This document shows, in pieces, positions 8,443 through 19,028 of a stretch of 64,000 nt of DNA. The stretch is from Candidatus Oxydemutatoraceae bacterium (lineage in GTDB: Bacteria; Pseudomonadota; Gammaproteobacteria; Poriferisulfidales; Oxydemutatoraceae): positions 1,100,249 through 1,164,248 of the forward strand of contig OZ243040.1 in NCBI GenBank assembly GCA_965211995.1, in the 5' to 3' direction. The first letter of the stretch is position 1. Each line of letters opens with the position of its first letter. The position numbers were made by a program, and so were the translations under genes. The notes beneath the pieces are model-generated. The model was not told the origin of the DNA. It was given only the letters and a program-made list of their open reading frames with translations, and ran no database searches.

Positions 8443-10586
8443 CGCGCCGCGCCGGAGTCGCCGGAGTCGGCGGATTCAAGTCTGAAGCGCGACGCCGGCC
8501 CGTCATCCTCCGGCGCCCGCCCGCGTTGTCTTGTGTGTTTCCCCCCGCCGGCCGGGCCGCACCCGGCCGGGTCGCCCTCAGGGGCGGAGTGATCTGCAGC
8601 AACCCCCCCGGCTTGTTTTTGCCGCACTTCGGGCCGGAAGTTGGCGCCGCTCAGGTAGGGGCGCAGCGAGTGCAACTGCTCGCAACGTTTCATCGGCGGC
8701 AGGCTGTTCAGGATAAGCTTGCCGTAACTGCGCGTGCGCAGGCGCTTGTCGCCGATCATCACCACCCCGATATCGGTTTCGTCGCGGATCAGGCGCCCGA
8801 TCCCCTGGCGCAGCGAGATCACCGCTTCGGGCAGCGTCGCTTCCCTGAAAAAATCGCGCCCCTGCTCTTTCGCCTTGTGAATGCGCCCCCGCGTCAGCGG
8901 ATCGGAGGGCGACGCAAAGGGCAGGCGGTCTATGATCACGCAGCGCAGCCCGGCGCCGCGCACGTCGACGCCTTCCCAGAACCCCGCGGTGCCGAGCAGC
9001 ACCGCGTTCGACGTACTGCAAAAGCGCCGGATCAGTTCAACCTTCGGCGCGCTCCCCTGCACCAGCAGCGTGTAGTCGGTTTCGTCGGCGATCTTTCTCG
9101 AGGCCGCCTGCAGCGCGCGGTGGCTCGTGAACAGAAAGAACACGCCCCCCTGAGCCATCTCGAGCAAACGATAGCCGGTTTCGATCACGCCGGCGGTATG
9201 CTCGGGGTCGTTCGGGTCGGGCAAATTCGACGGCACGTACAAGGCGGCCTGCTCGGCGTAGTCGAACGGGCTGTCGAGCGCGACGCGGGCGCAACTCTCA
9301 GCCAGCCCGGTCTGCGCCAGAAAATAAGTGAAGTCGCCGCCGAGCGACAAAGTCGCCGAGGTGTAGATCCAGTTCGCGTCGTACAACTTGTGCTTGTCGC
9401 TGAGCAGCGGTGCGACGTCGGTCGGGCTCGCGTACAAACGAAAAGAGTTGCGCCCGGTCTGATACCAGCCGACCCGGTCGCCGCCGCTCTCGAGCACCTC
9501 GGCAAACCGCCGCCGCATGTCTTCAGCGCGATCCCACAGGTTGAACAACTGCTCGGACTGTCGCCGCAGGGGCTGCAACGCGCCCGCGAGTTGTTCGAGT
9601 GCGGCGGCGAGCACGCGCCGCGCCGCGGCGACGTCGTCTTGCCCGAGGGCGACGGCGGTGGTCTCCCGCACGGGCAATTGACCGAGCGCACTCATCATCG
9701 TCGCGATCGCCGACTCCAATTCCACGGCGGCGCTCATCAACTCCGGCGTTTTTGCCGCGTCGCCCGCGGCGCGTATATCGCGCAGCAACCACAGGCACTG
9801 AGAACTGGTGAACGAGATGCTGAAAAAGTGATTGGCGATGCCGCCCAACTGATGCGCCTCATCTATGATTACGGTGTCAACCTGAGGCAGCAATTGACCG
9901 AAGCCTTCCTCCCTGAGCGTCATATCCGCGAGCAGCAGGTAATGGTTGACGACGACGAGGTCGGCTTGCAGCGCGCGGTTTCTCGCGGCGGCGACGCAAC
10001 ATTCGTCGAACTTCGGGCAGCGGGCGCCGAGACAGTTTTCAGACGTCGAGGTCAGCGACGCCCACAGCGGGTCGTTTTCGCTGAGGCCGCCGAAGTCGCT
10101 GATGTCGCCGCCCGCGGCGGTCTTCGACCAGCGATAGACGCGCTCGACCATGCCGTTGTCGTCGGCGTCGAGCGCGCGCGTCCGCCACGCCTGCTCCAGG
10201 CGCTCGGCGCACAGGTAGTTGGCTCTGCCTTTGAGCAGCGCGGTGTCGGCGGCGATGCCGAGCGCCTTCAGCACCAGCGGCAGATCCTTGGTGTAGATCT
10301 GATCCTGCAAGTAGCGCGTGCCGGTCGAAATCACGACCTTCTTGCCCGACAGCACCGCAGGCACGAGATAAGCGAAAGTCTTGCCGACGCCGGTGCCGGC
10401 TTCGATCACGAGGTTGCCGCCGTTTTCGATCGCGTAGGCGACGCGGCGCGTCATCGTCTCCTGTTGCGGGCGGCTGCGAAACCCCGGCACCAGCGACGCA
10501 AACGGCCCGTCGGCGGCCAGCAGCCGGCTGCATTCATCGGCGAACGCCCTCGCCGACGCCCGCTTGGATGGCGGCACTCGCGCCAT
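8439..10586 (-). CDS. yoaA: DinG/YoaA-family Fe-S ATP-dependent DNA helicase with a 3' extension derived from the element
   Basis: Walker A (AGTGVGKT), DEAH box (IIDEAHQL) and a Cys cluster (NYLC, CLGARCPKFDECC). Adjacent to tsaB, as yoaA is in E. coli. The last roughly 65 aa are encoded by element copy A. Confidence 0.85.
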   Translation of the reverse strand: MARVPPSKRASARAFADECSRLLAADGPFASLVPGFRSRPQQETMTRRVAYAIENGGNLVIEAGTGVGKTFAYLVPAVLSGKKVVISTGTRYLQDQIYTKDLPLVLKALGIAADTALLKGRANYLCAERLEQAWRTRALDADDNGMVERVYRWSKTAAGGDISDFGGLSENDPLWASLTSTSENCLGARCPKFDECCVAAARNRALQADLVVVNHYLLLADMTLREEGFGQLLPQVDTVIIDEAHQLGGIANHFFSISFTSSQCLWLLRDIRAAGDAAKTPELMSAAVELESAIATMMSALGQLPVRETTAVALGQDDVAAARRVLAAALEQLAGALQPLRRQSEQLFNLWDRAEDMRRRFAEVLESGGDRVGWYQTGRNSFRLYASPTDVAPLLSDKHKLYDANWIYTSATLSLGGDFTYFLAQTGLAESCARVALDSPFDYAEQAALYVPSNLPDPNDPEHTAGVIETGYRLLEMAQGGVFFLFTSHRALQAASRKIADETDYTLLVQGSAPKVELIRRFCSTSNAVLLGTAGFWEGVDVRGAGLRCVIIDRLPFASPSDPLTRGRIHKAKEQGRDFFREATLPEAVISLRQGIGRLIRDETDIGVVMIGDKRLRTRSYGKLILNSLPPMKRCEQLHSLRPYLSGANFRPEVRQKQAGGVAADHSAPEGDPAGCGPAGGGKHTRQRGRAPEDDGPASRFRLESADSGDSGAAR
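8470..8643 (-). mobile_element. Palindromic TIR element, copy A (forms the 3' tail of the yoaA ORF)
   Basis: Aligns with the other six copies: ...CAAGTCTGAAGCGCGACGCCGGCCCGTCATCCTCCGG...GCCGCACTTCGGGCCGGAAG. Confidence 0.8.
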
Positions 10587-10634
10587 AACGTATCCATCTC
10601 CCCGCGTTCAACGCGTCTTATCGCCGCCGCGCAA

Positions 10635-11117
10635 TCACCCGCCGCCCGCCCGTGCGAGCGAAACCACGGCGAACGCGGCGACCCCCTCGCCGCGCCCGGT
10701 GAACCCGAGGCCGTCGGCGCTGGTAGCCTTAATACTGACACAGTCAAGCCCTATCCCGAGGTCGCAGGCGACGAGCGGTCGTATTTCAGGGATAAACGGC
10801 GCGAGACGCGGTTTTTCGGCCACCACGGTCGCATCCACGTTGACGACGGCAAGCCCCGCGTCCGCGATCAGCGCCAGCGTGCGCCTCAGCAAATCGCGGC
10901 CGGCGACGCCCCGGTGCCGCTCGTCGTTCGGATAATGCGTGCCGAGATCGCCGAGCGCGGCGGCGCCGAGCAAGGCGTCGCACAGCGCGTGCAACAGCAC
11001 GTCGCCGTCGGAATGGGCGACGATGCCGCGCTCAAACGGGATGCGCACGCCGCCGAGCATGAAGCCGTCGCCGTCGCCAAACGCATGTGCGTCGAAACCG
11101 AAACCCACCCTTATCAT
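10635..11117 (-). CDS. ispF: 2-C-methyl-D-erythritol 2,4-cyclodiphosphate synthase
   Basis: MIRVGFGFDAHAF...AHSDGDVLLHALCDALLGA, typical of IspF. Start taken at the ATG at 11117. Confidence 0.93.
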   Translation of the reverse strand: MIRVGFGFDAHAFGDGDGFMLGGVRIPFERGIVAHSDGDVLLHALCDALLGAAALGDLGTHYPNDERHRGVAGRDLLRRTLALIADAGLAVVNVDATVVAEKPRLAPFIPEIRPLVACDLGIGLDCVSIKATSADGLGFTGRGEGVAAFAVVSLARAGGG

Positions 11118-11423
11118 CGCGCCGCCCCCGTGCCTGCATCCTGGTGCGTGCATTATCCGCCGGGCGCATCCGGCGGGGCGACGCGTGCGAGCCAGGCCTC
11201 GATCAAAGGCAACTCGTGCGGATACGTCAGTTTGACGTTCGCGCCGCCGCCCGGTGCGTGCGCATCAAAACCAAAGCCCGCCCTCGTCATCACCTTGCCC
11301 CCGTGCCCGCATCCTGGTGCGTGCGTTATCCGCCGGGCGCGTCCGGCGGGGCGGCGCGTGCGAGCCAAGCCTCGATCAAAGGCAACTCGTGCGGATACGT
11401 CAGTTTGACGTTCGCGCCGTCGC
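11075..11423 (-). repeat. Tandem duplication (2 x 173 bp) of the ispD 3' end / ispF 5' end junction
   Basis: GATACGTCAGTTTGACGTTCGCGCCG occurs at 11221 and again at 11394 (period 173). The flanking sequence aligns at roughly 90% identity. Confidence 0.88.
11153..11290 (-). other. Chimeric 45-codon ORF created by the duplication (ispF start fused to the ispD C-terminus)
   Basis: MTRAGFGFDAHAPGG (a copy of the ispF N-terminus) joined to GANVKLTYPHELPLIEAWLARVAPPDAPGG* (a copy of the ispD C-terminus). Its upstream context matches that of the true ispF start. Confidence 0.6.
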
Positions 11424-12042
11424 CCTCGACGACGCGTACATTATGGCCCGCGAGTTCCATCGCCTGTGCTTCATCGCCGATCTCAACGCTGCGGCGCAGC
11501 GCCTCGTCCACCGCCGCGGTGAGCAGACCGTAACGGAACATCTGCGGCGTCAGTGCGCGCATGACCCGGTCGCGCTTGAGTGTGCGCTCGACCGCGCCGC
11601 CGCCGCGGCGGATCTGCTTGAGCGTATCGCTCGCGGGTGCGACCAGCAGGCCGCCGATTTCGTCGCCGCCGAGGCCCTCGATCAAAGACGACAAGTCGCG
11701 TTGACTCAGGCACGGGCGCACCGCGTCGTGCACGACGACCCAATCGTCGTCTTGGGCGTGCGCGCCGAGCAGTTCAAGCGCGCACCGCACCGAGCGCACG
11801 CGGCTCGCACCGCCGGTGCAGAGCATCACCCGCGGGTCGGCGCTGTGGCGCGTTTGCGCCCACCGGGCATCGTCTTCGGCAACGGCGACGGCGACGGCGC
11901 GGAGCCGGCCGCCGCGCAGCAACGCATCCAGGCTGTGGTCGAGCACGCAGCCGCCGGCGACGTGCAGATACTGCTTCGGCACACCCCCGTTAAAGCGCTC
12001 GCCGCGCCCGGCCGCCGGCACCACTCCCCAACGCTCGGTCAT
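11326..12042 (-). CDS. ispD: 2-C-methyl-D-erythritol 4-phosphate cytidylyltransferase
   Basis: VVPAAGRGERF...PKQYL motif. Sits in the ftsB-ispD-ispF order. ATGA overlap with the ftsB stop. Confidence 0.92.
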   Translation of the reverse strand: MTERWGVVPAAGRGERFNGGVPKQYLHVAGGCVLDHSLDALLRGGRLRAVAVAVAEDDARWAQTRHSADPRVMLCTGGASRVRSVRCALELLGAHAQDDDWVVVHDAVRPCLSQRDLSSLIEGLGGDEIGGLLVAPASDTLKQIRRGGGAVERTLKRDRVMRALTPQMFRYGLLTAAVDEALRRSVEIGDEAQAMELAGHNVRVVEGDGANVKLTYPHELPLIEAWLARAAPPDAPGG

Positions 12043-12383
12043 TGCGGCGCGGGTTGCTCGGGCGCGCCGTCGATCACCTGAAAGAAAGTCTCTCCCTGCT
12101 TGACCATGCCGAGTTCTTCGCGCGCCTCCCTTTCTATCTCTCCCAGCCCGGATTTCATGCCGGTCACTTCCCGCGCGAGCGCGCGATTGCGTTCCCTGAG
12201 TTCGTTGTTTTCGATCTCGCTGGTGCGATTCAGGCTGCGCAATTCAAACAGGTCCGGAAGTCCGTGCCCGCTCCACAGCGCCGCCTGCAGCAGCACGAAC
12301 ACCGTGAGCGATGCCCCGAGCAGCAGTTTCACGCTGGTTTTCATCGGTGTCTTCATCGGCGTCTCAACCAAGCCCCGCCGCAA
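12039..12383 (-). CDS. ftsB: Cell division protein FtsB
   Basis: Single TM segment followed by a coiled coil (ENNELRERNRALAREV). Lies between eno and ispD as in the canonical order. Start codon uncertain. Confidence 0.8.
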   Translation of the reverse strand: MRRGLVETPMKTPMKTSVKLLLGASLTVFVLLQAALWSGHGLPDLFELRSLNRTSEIENNELRERNRALAREVTGMKSGLGEIEREAREELGMVKQGETFFQVIDGAPEQPAPQ

Positions 12384-12401
12384 ACGCGAGCGGCGGCGCC
12401 C

Positions 12402-13688
12402 TCACTCGAGCAAGCCCTTGAACGCGCCGCGCCCGGCGTAAGCGCACTCGCCCGCAAGTTCTTCCTCTATCCGCATCAACTGATTGTACTTTGCGACGCG
12501 GTCGGTGCGCGACAGCGAGCCGGTTTTAATCTGCCCGACGCCGGTCGCGACCGCAAGATCGGCGATCGTGACGTCCTCGGTCTCGCCCGAGCGGTGCGAG
12601 ACGATACACGAATAGCCCGCCGCGGTCGCGGCGTCGATTGCGTCGAAAGTCTCGCTCAAGGTCCCGATCTGGTTGACCTTGATCAGCACCGAGTTGGCGA
12701 CCCCGAGTTCGACGCCCTTGCGGATCAACGCGGCGTTGGTCACGAACAGATCGTCGCCGACGAGTTGCATCTTGCCGCCGAGACGCGCGGTCAATTCTTG
12801 CCAGCCGTCCCAGTCGTCCTCGGCGAGACCGTCCTCGAGCGACAGGATCGGGTATTTCCCGGCCCAGTCTTCGTAGCACGCGATCAGCCCGCGCGCGTCG
12901 TACGTACGCGCTTCGGAATCAAAGTGATAACGCCCGTCGCGGTAGAACTCGGAACTCGCGGAATCGAGCGCCAGCCAGACGTCCTCGCCCGGCGCGTAGC
13001 CCGCGCGGCGCACGGCTTCGAGCACGATCTCGACCGCCGCTTCATTCGAGTCGAGACTCGGCGCAAACCCGCCTTCGTCGCCGACGGTGGTCACGTACCC
13101 CTCTTCCTTGAGCACCGCCTTCAGCGCCTGAAAGATTTCCGAGCCGGCGCGCACCGCTTCGGCGACGGTGGCGGCGGCGACCGGCACCACCATGAATTCC
13201 TGAATATCGGTGCTGTCGCCCGCGTGGGAACCGCCGTTGAGAATATTGATCAGCGGCACCGGCAGCCGCGGGCGGCGCCCGTCGGCGAGGTGGCTGTACA
13301 ACGGCCGCCCGCGCACGGCGGCGCCGGCTTTGGCCGCGGCCAGCGACACCGCGAGCAGGGCGTTGGCGCCGAGACGGCTTTTGTCGGCGCTGCCGTCGAG
13401 CGCGATCAGGCGCTCGTCGAGCGTGCGCTGAGCGCACACGTCAAACCCGAGCAGCGCCCGCGCGATCTCGCCGTTGACGCCGGCGACGGCGCGGGTGACA
13501 CCCTTGCCGTTAAACCTTGCCCGGTCACCGTCGCGCAGTTCGACCGCTTCATGAGAGCCGGTCGAAGCGCCCGCCGGGACGGCCGCGCGGCCGACGGCGC
13601 CCGACTCGGTCGCGACGTCGGCTTCGACCGTCGGGTTGCCGCGCGAGTCCACGATTTCGCGTCCGCGCACCGCAGTAATTCGACTCAT
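12402..13688 (-). CDS. eno: Enolase
   Basis: [25 protein letters not shown]...SHRSGETED. Confidence 0.97.
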   Translation of the reverse strand: MSRITAVRGREIVDSRGNPTVEADVATESGAVGRAAVPAGASTGSHEAVELRDGDRARFNGKGVTRAVAGVNGEIARALLGFDVCAQRTLDERLIALDGSADKSRLGANALLAVSLAAAKAGAAVRGRPLYSHLADGRRPRLPVPLINILNGGSHAGDSTDIQEFMVVPVAAATVAEAVRAGSEIFQALKAVLKEEGYVTTVGDEGGFAPSLDSNEAAVEIVLEAVRRAGYAPGEDVWLALDSASSEFYRDGRYHFDSEARTYDARGLIACYEDWAGKYPILSLEDGLAEDDWDGWQELTARLGGKMQLVGDDLFVTNAALIRKGVELGVANSVLIKVNQIGTLSETFDAIDAATAAGYSCIVSHRSGETEDVTIADLAVATGVGQIKTGSLSRTDRVAKYNQLMRIEEELAGECAYAGRGAFKGLLE

Positions 13689-13736
13689 CGTGTTTGTTCC
13701 ATTGCCCGCCCGACCCCGCCCGCGCCCCGGTGCCGC

Positions 13737-16516
<2,780 letters not shown>

Positions 16517-17944
16517 TTATTCCGGCAACGGACTCCAGACGACGCGCAATTCGTCGCCGAGATAAACCAAAGGCACGCGGTCGCGCTCCCACGGCGGCAC
16601 GCCGAGTTCCTGAAAGACTTTTTTCAGCCGCTTGTGAAAGCGCCCGCCGGCGTACGCGCATTTCTCTCCGCCGCGGCGCAGGCGCACGGTCAGCGCCGCG
16701 GCCTCGGTCAGTTCCGGCGCGCGTTCACGCAGTTGGCGCCAAGTCAGTTTGGCGTTGATCTCCGGCAGGTCGAGGTCGGTGCCGCAACGCCAGCGCCGTG
16801 CGCCCGCGGCGGCGGGCGGCGCGAGCGGCGTCATCGCGTACAACTTTCCGCGGTAATGGCGCACCTCGGCGCCGGGCCAGCGCGCCAGCGCGCCGGGGCC
16901 CGCGTCGCCGGACACCAAAACGCCGCTCAGGTGCAGCAGTTGCTTCTCCGAAGGCGTCGGCAGGCCGGCCCGCTCGAGCCAATGCCTCAGCACCGCTTTT
17001 TTCTCGGCGTCGTGCAACTCGAGACAGCGTGCGACCGACAAAGTGCCGCCGGCGTCGCGGCAATGCAGGTACCCCCGCCGTGCGACCCGGCCGATCAGTG
17101 CGCGGGCTTCGGCCTGATGACGCGCGGCGCGCGCCAGGGTTTCCCGCCACCCGGGCCAGCGTTCACACAGCACCGGCGCGAGCCGCCTCCGCACGTAATT
17201 GCGGTCGTAGCGCAAGTCATCGTTGGCGGGGTCGTCAAGCCATTCGAGACGGTGGTCGCGCGCGTACCGCTCGAGTTGTGCGCGCGTCGCGCCGAGCAGC
17301 GGGCGCACGATGCGCCCGGCGCCGAAGCGCGCACAGGCCGGCATGCCCGCGAGACCCGCGGGACCGCCGCCGCGCAGCAGTTGCAGCAAGACGGTCTCGG
17401 CCTGATCGTCGCGGTGGTGCGCCGTCATCAGCAGATCGCCGCTTTGCACCAGGGTTTTCAGCGCCGCGTAACGTGCGTCGCGCGCGGCTTCCTCCGGGCT
17501 GCGCTTGCGGGCGGCGGATGCCAGGCTGAAGTGCGGCGCCGGCCCGCCATCCGCCGCCGCCCGCCCGCATCGTCTTTGGTATTTCCCTTCACCGGCCGGG
17601 CTGCGCCCGCCCGGCTCCCCCTCGAGGAGCGAGTGATTTTCAGCGGCCCGCTCCGCTTGCTTTGACCGCGCTTCGGAGCGGCGGGCGGCGGCGTCAACGC
17701 GCAGGCACCGGCACGCGACGCCCAGCCGCTTCGCCGTGCGCCGGCAAAACCGCTCCCACTCGCCGGCGTCGGCGTGCAGGCCGTGGTTGACGTGCACGGC
17801 GACGAGTTCGGTGCGGGCGCGCGCCGGGCACTGCGACGCCATGTGCAGCAGCACCGTCGAATCCACGCCGCCGCTGTACGCAATCAGCAGCCGGCGGGCG
17901 GCGAACTCAGCCGCGAAGCGGGCGATGCGCGCGTGCAGACACAC
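16517..17944 (-). CDS. tilS: tRNA(Ile)-lysidine synthetase carrying an in-frame element insertion
   Basis: PP-loop motif SGGVDS, then HHRDDQAETVLLQLLRGGGPAGLAGM. About 55 aa encoded by element copy C sit between LRVDAAA and RKRSPEEAARDARY. Confidence 0.9.
   Translation of the reverse strand: MCLHARIARFAAEFAARRLLIAYSGGVDSTVLLHMASQCPARARTELVAVHVNHGLHADAGEWERFCRRTAKRLGVACRCLRVDAAARRSEARSKQAERAAENHSLLEGEPGGRSPAGEGKYQRRCGRAAADGGPAPHFSLASAARKRSPEEAARDARYAALKTLVQSGDLLMTAHHRDDQAETVLLQLLRGGGPAGLAGMPACARFGAGRIVRPLLGATRAQLERYARDHRLEWLDDPANDDLRYDRNYVRRRLAPVLCERWPGWRETLARAARHQAEARALIGRVARRGYLHCRDAGGTLSVARCLELHDAEKKAVLRHWLERAGLPTPSEKQLLHLSGVLVSGDAGPGALARWPGAEVRHYRGKLYAMTPLAPPAAAGARRWRCGTDLDLPEINAKLTWRQLRERAPELTEAAALTVRLRRGGEKCAYAGGRFHKRLKKVFQELGVPPWERDRVPLVYLGDELRVVWSPLPE
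17514..17687 (-). mobile_element. Palindromic TIR element, copy C (inside tilS, in frame)
   Basis: GGCTGAAGTGCGGCGCCGGCCCGCCATCCGCC...GAGTGATTTTCAGCGGCCCGCTCCGCTTGCTTTGACCGCGCTTCGGAGCGG. Confidence 0.85.
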
Positions 17945-17948
17945 CGCC

Positions 17949-18977
17949 TCAACCGATCTGAAAGTGGCCGACGTTCACAAACTTCTGATAACGCGCTTCG
18001 AGCAGTTTGTCGATTTCCATCGCCTGCAGCCGTTCCAGCCGTGCCGACAACGTGTTGCGCAACAGTGAACACAGTTGCGGAAAGTCGCGGTGCGCGCCGC
18101 CCAGAGGCTCGGCGACGACTTCGTCTATCAGGCCGAGGCGGTCGAGACGGTCGGAAGTGATGCCGAGCGCGGCGGCGGCGATCTCAGCCTTGCCGGCGTC
18201 CTTCCACAGGATCGCCGCGCAGCCTTCGGGCGAGATGACCGAATAGGTGCTGTATTGCAGCATCAGCAGACAGTCGGCGACGCCGATTGCGAGCGCGCCG
18301 CCCGACCCGCCCTCGCCGATGACGGTGCCGATGATCGGCGTTCTGAGCTGCGACATGATCCGGAGGTTGACCGCAATCGCCTCGCTCTGACCGCGCTCCT
18401 CGGCGTCTATGCCCGGGTAGGCGCCCGGCGTGTCAATGAACGCGAGCACCGGCAGGTTGAAACGCTCCGCGGTTGTGAACAGCCGCCGCGCCTTGCGGTA
18501 GCCCTCGGGTTTCGGCATGCCGAAGTTGCGCCGGACTTTCTCTTCGGTGTCGCGCCCTTTCTGGTGACCGACGACCGCGACCGGCTTGCCGTTGAAGCGC
18601 GCGATGCCGATGACCATCGCCGGGTCGTCGGCGAACTGGCGGTCGCCGTGCAGTTCTTCAAAGTCCGTGAACAGCGCCGCGACGTAGTCGAGGGTATAGG
18701 GGCGGCTGGGGTGGCGCGCAAGTTGCGAGATCTGCCACGCGCTGAGGCCGGAATAGATCGTCTCCTTGAGTTTCCCGCATTTCTTCTCGAGTTCCCGGAT
18801 CTCGTGGTCCAGGTCCAGCGGCGTGCCGCCGGCCGTGCCGCCAACATTTGACATCCGCCGCAACTCCGACAACTTGGATTCGAGTTCGGCGATCGGCTGC
18901 TCGAATTCGAGGTAGTCGAACGCATGGCTCGCGGCCGGCGCCGCGGGCTTGCCGGTATTTTCCTGGATGTGCGCCAT
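17949..18977 (-). CDS. accA: Acetyl-CoA carboxylase carboxyltransferase alpha subunit
   Basis: [16 protein letters not shown] matches E. coli [14 protein letters not shown]. Start taken at the ATG at 18977. The track start at 19010 is a TTG. Confidence 0.92.
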   Translation of the reverse strand: MAHIQENTGKPAAPAASHAFDYLEFEQPIAELESKLSELRRMSNVGGTAGGTPLDLDHEIRELEKKCGKLKETIYSGLSAWQISQLARHPSRPYTLDYVAALFTDFEELHGDRQFADDPAMVIGIARFNGKPVAVVGHQKGRDTEEKVRRNFGMPKPEGYRKARRLFTTAERFNLPVLAFIDTPGAYPGIDAEERGQSEAIAVNLRIMSQLRTPIIGTVIGEGGSGGALAIGVADCLLMLQYSTYSVISPEGCAAILWKDAGKAEIAAAALGITSDRLDRLGLIDEVVAEPLGGAHRDFPQLCSLLRNTLSARLERLQAMEIDKLLEARYQKFVNVGHFQIG

Positions 18978-19028
18978 GTGCAGAATTTTAGGTGACGGCC
19001 GACCGTTCAAGCAGCCGTCATTTTACCT

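Noticed and set aside
8526-11408. Very long ORFs antisense to real genes: 8526..11408 (+, 960 aa), 2577..5462 (-, 961 aa), 19383..22610 (+, 1075 aa), 42450..45218 (+, 922 aa), 12042..14060 (+, 672 aa), 54722..56695 (+, 657 aa), 52916..54598 (+, 560 aa)
   Set aside because: These are typical shadow ORFs of high-GC DNA. Their composition is extremely Arg/Ala/Gly/Pro/His-rich and they carry no recognisable motifs. Each lies exactly opposite a gene with clear conserved signatures (yoaA/ispF, valS, dnaE, secA, eno, ftsW/murG, murC).
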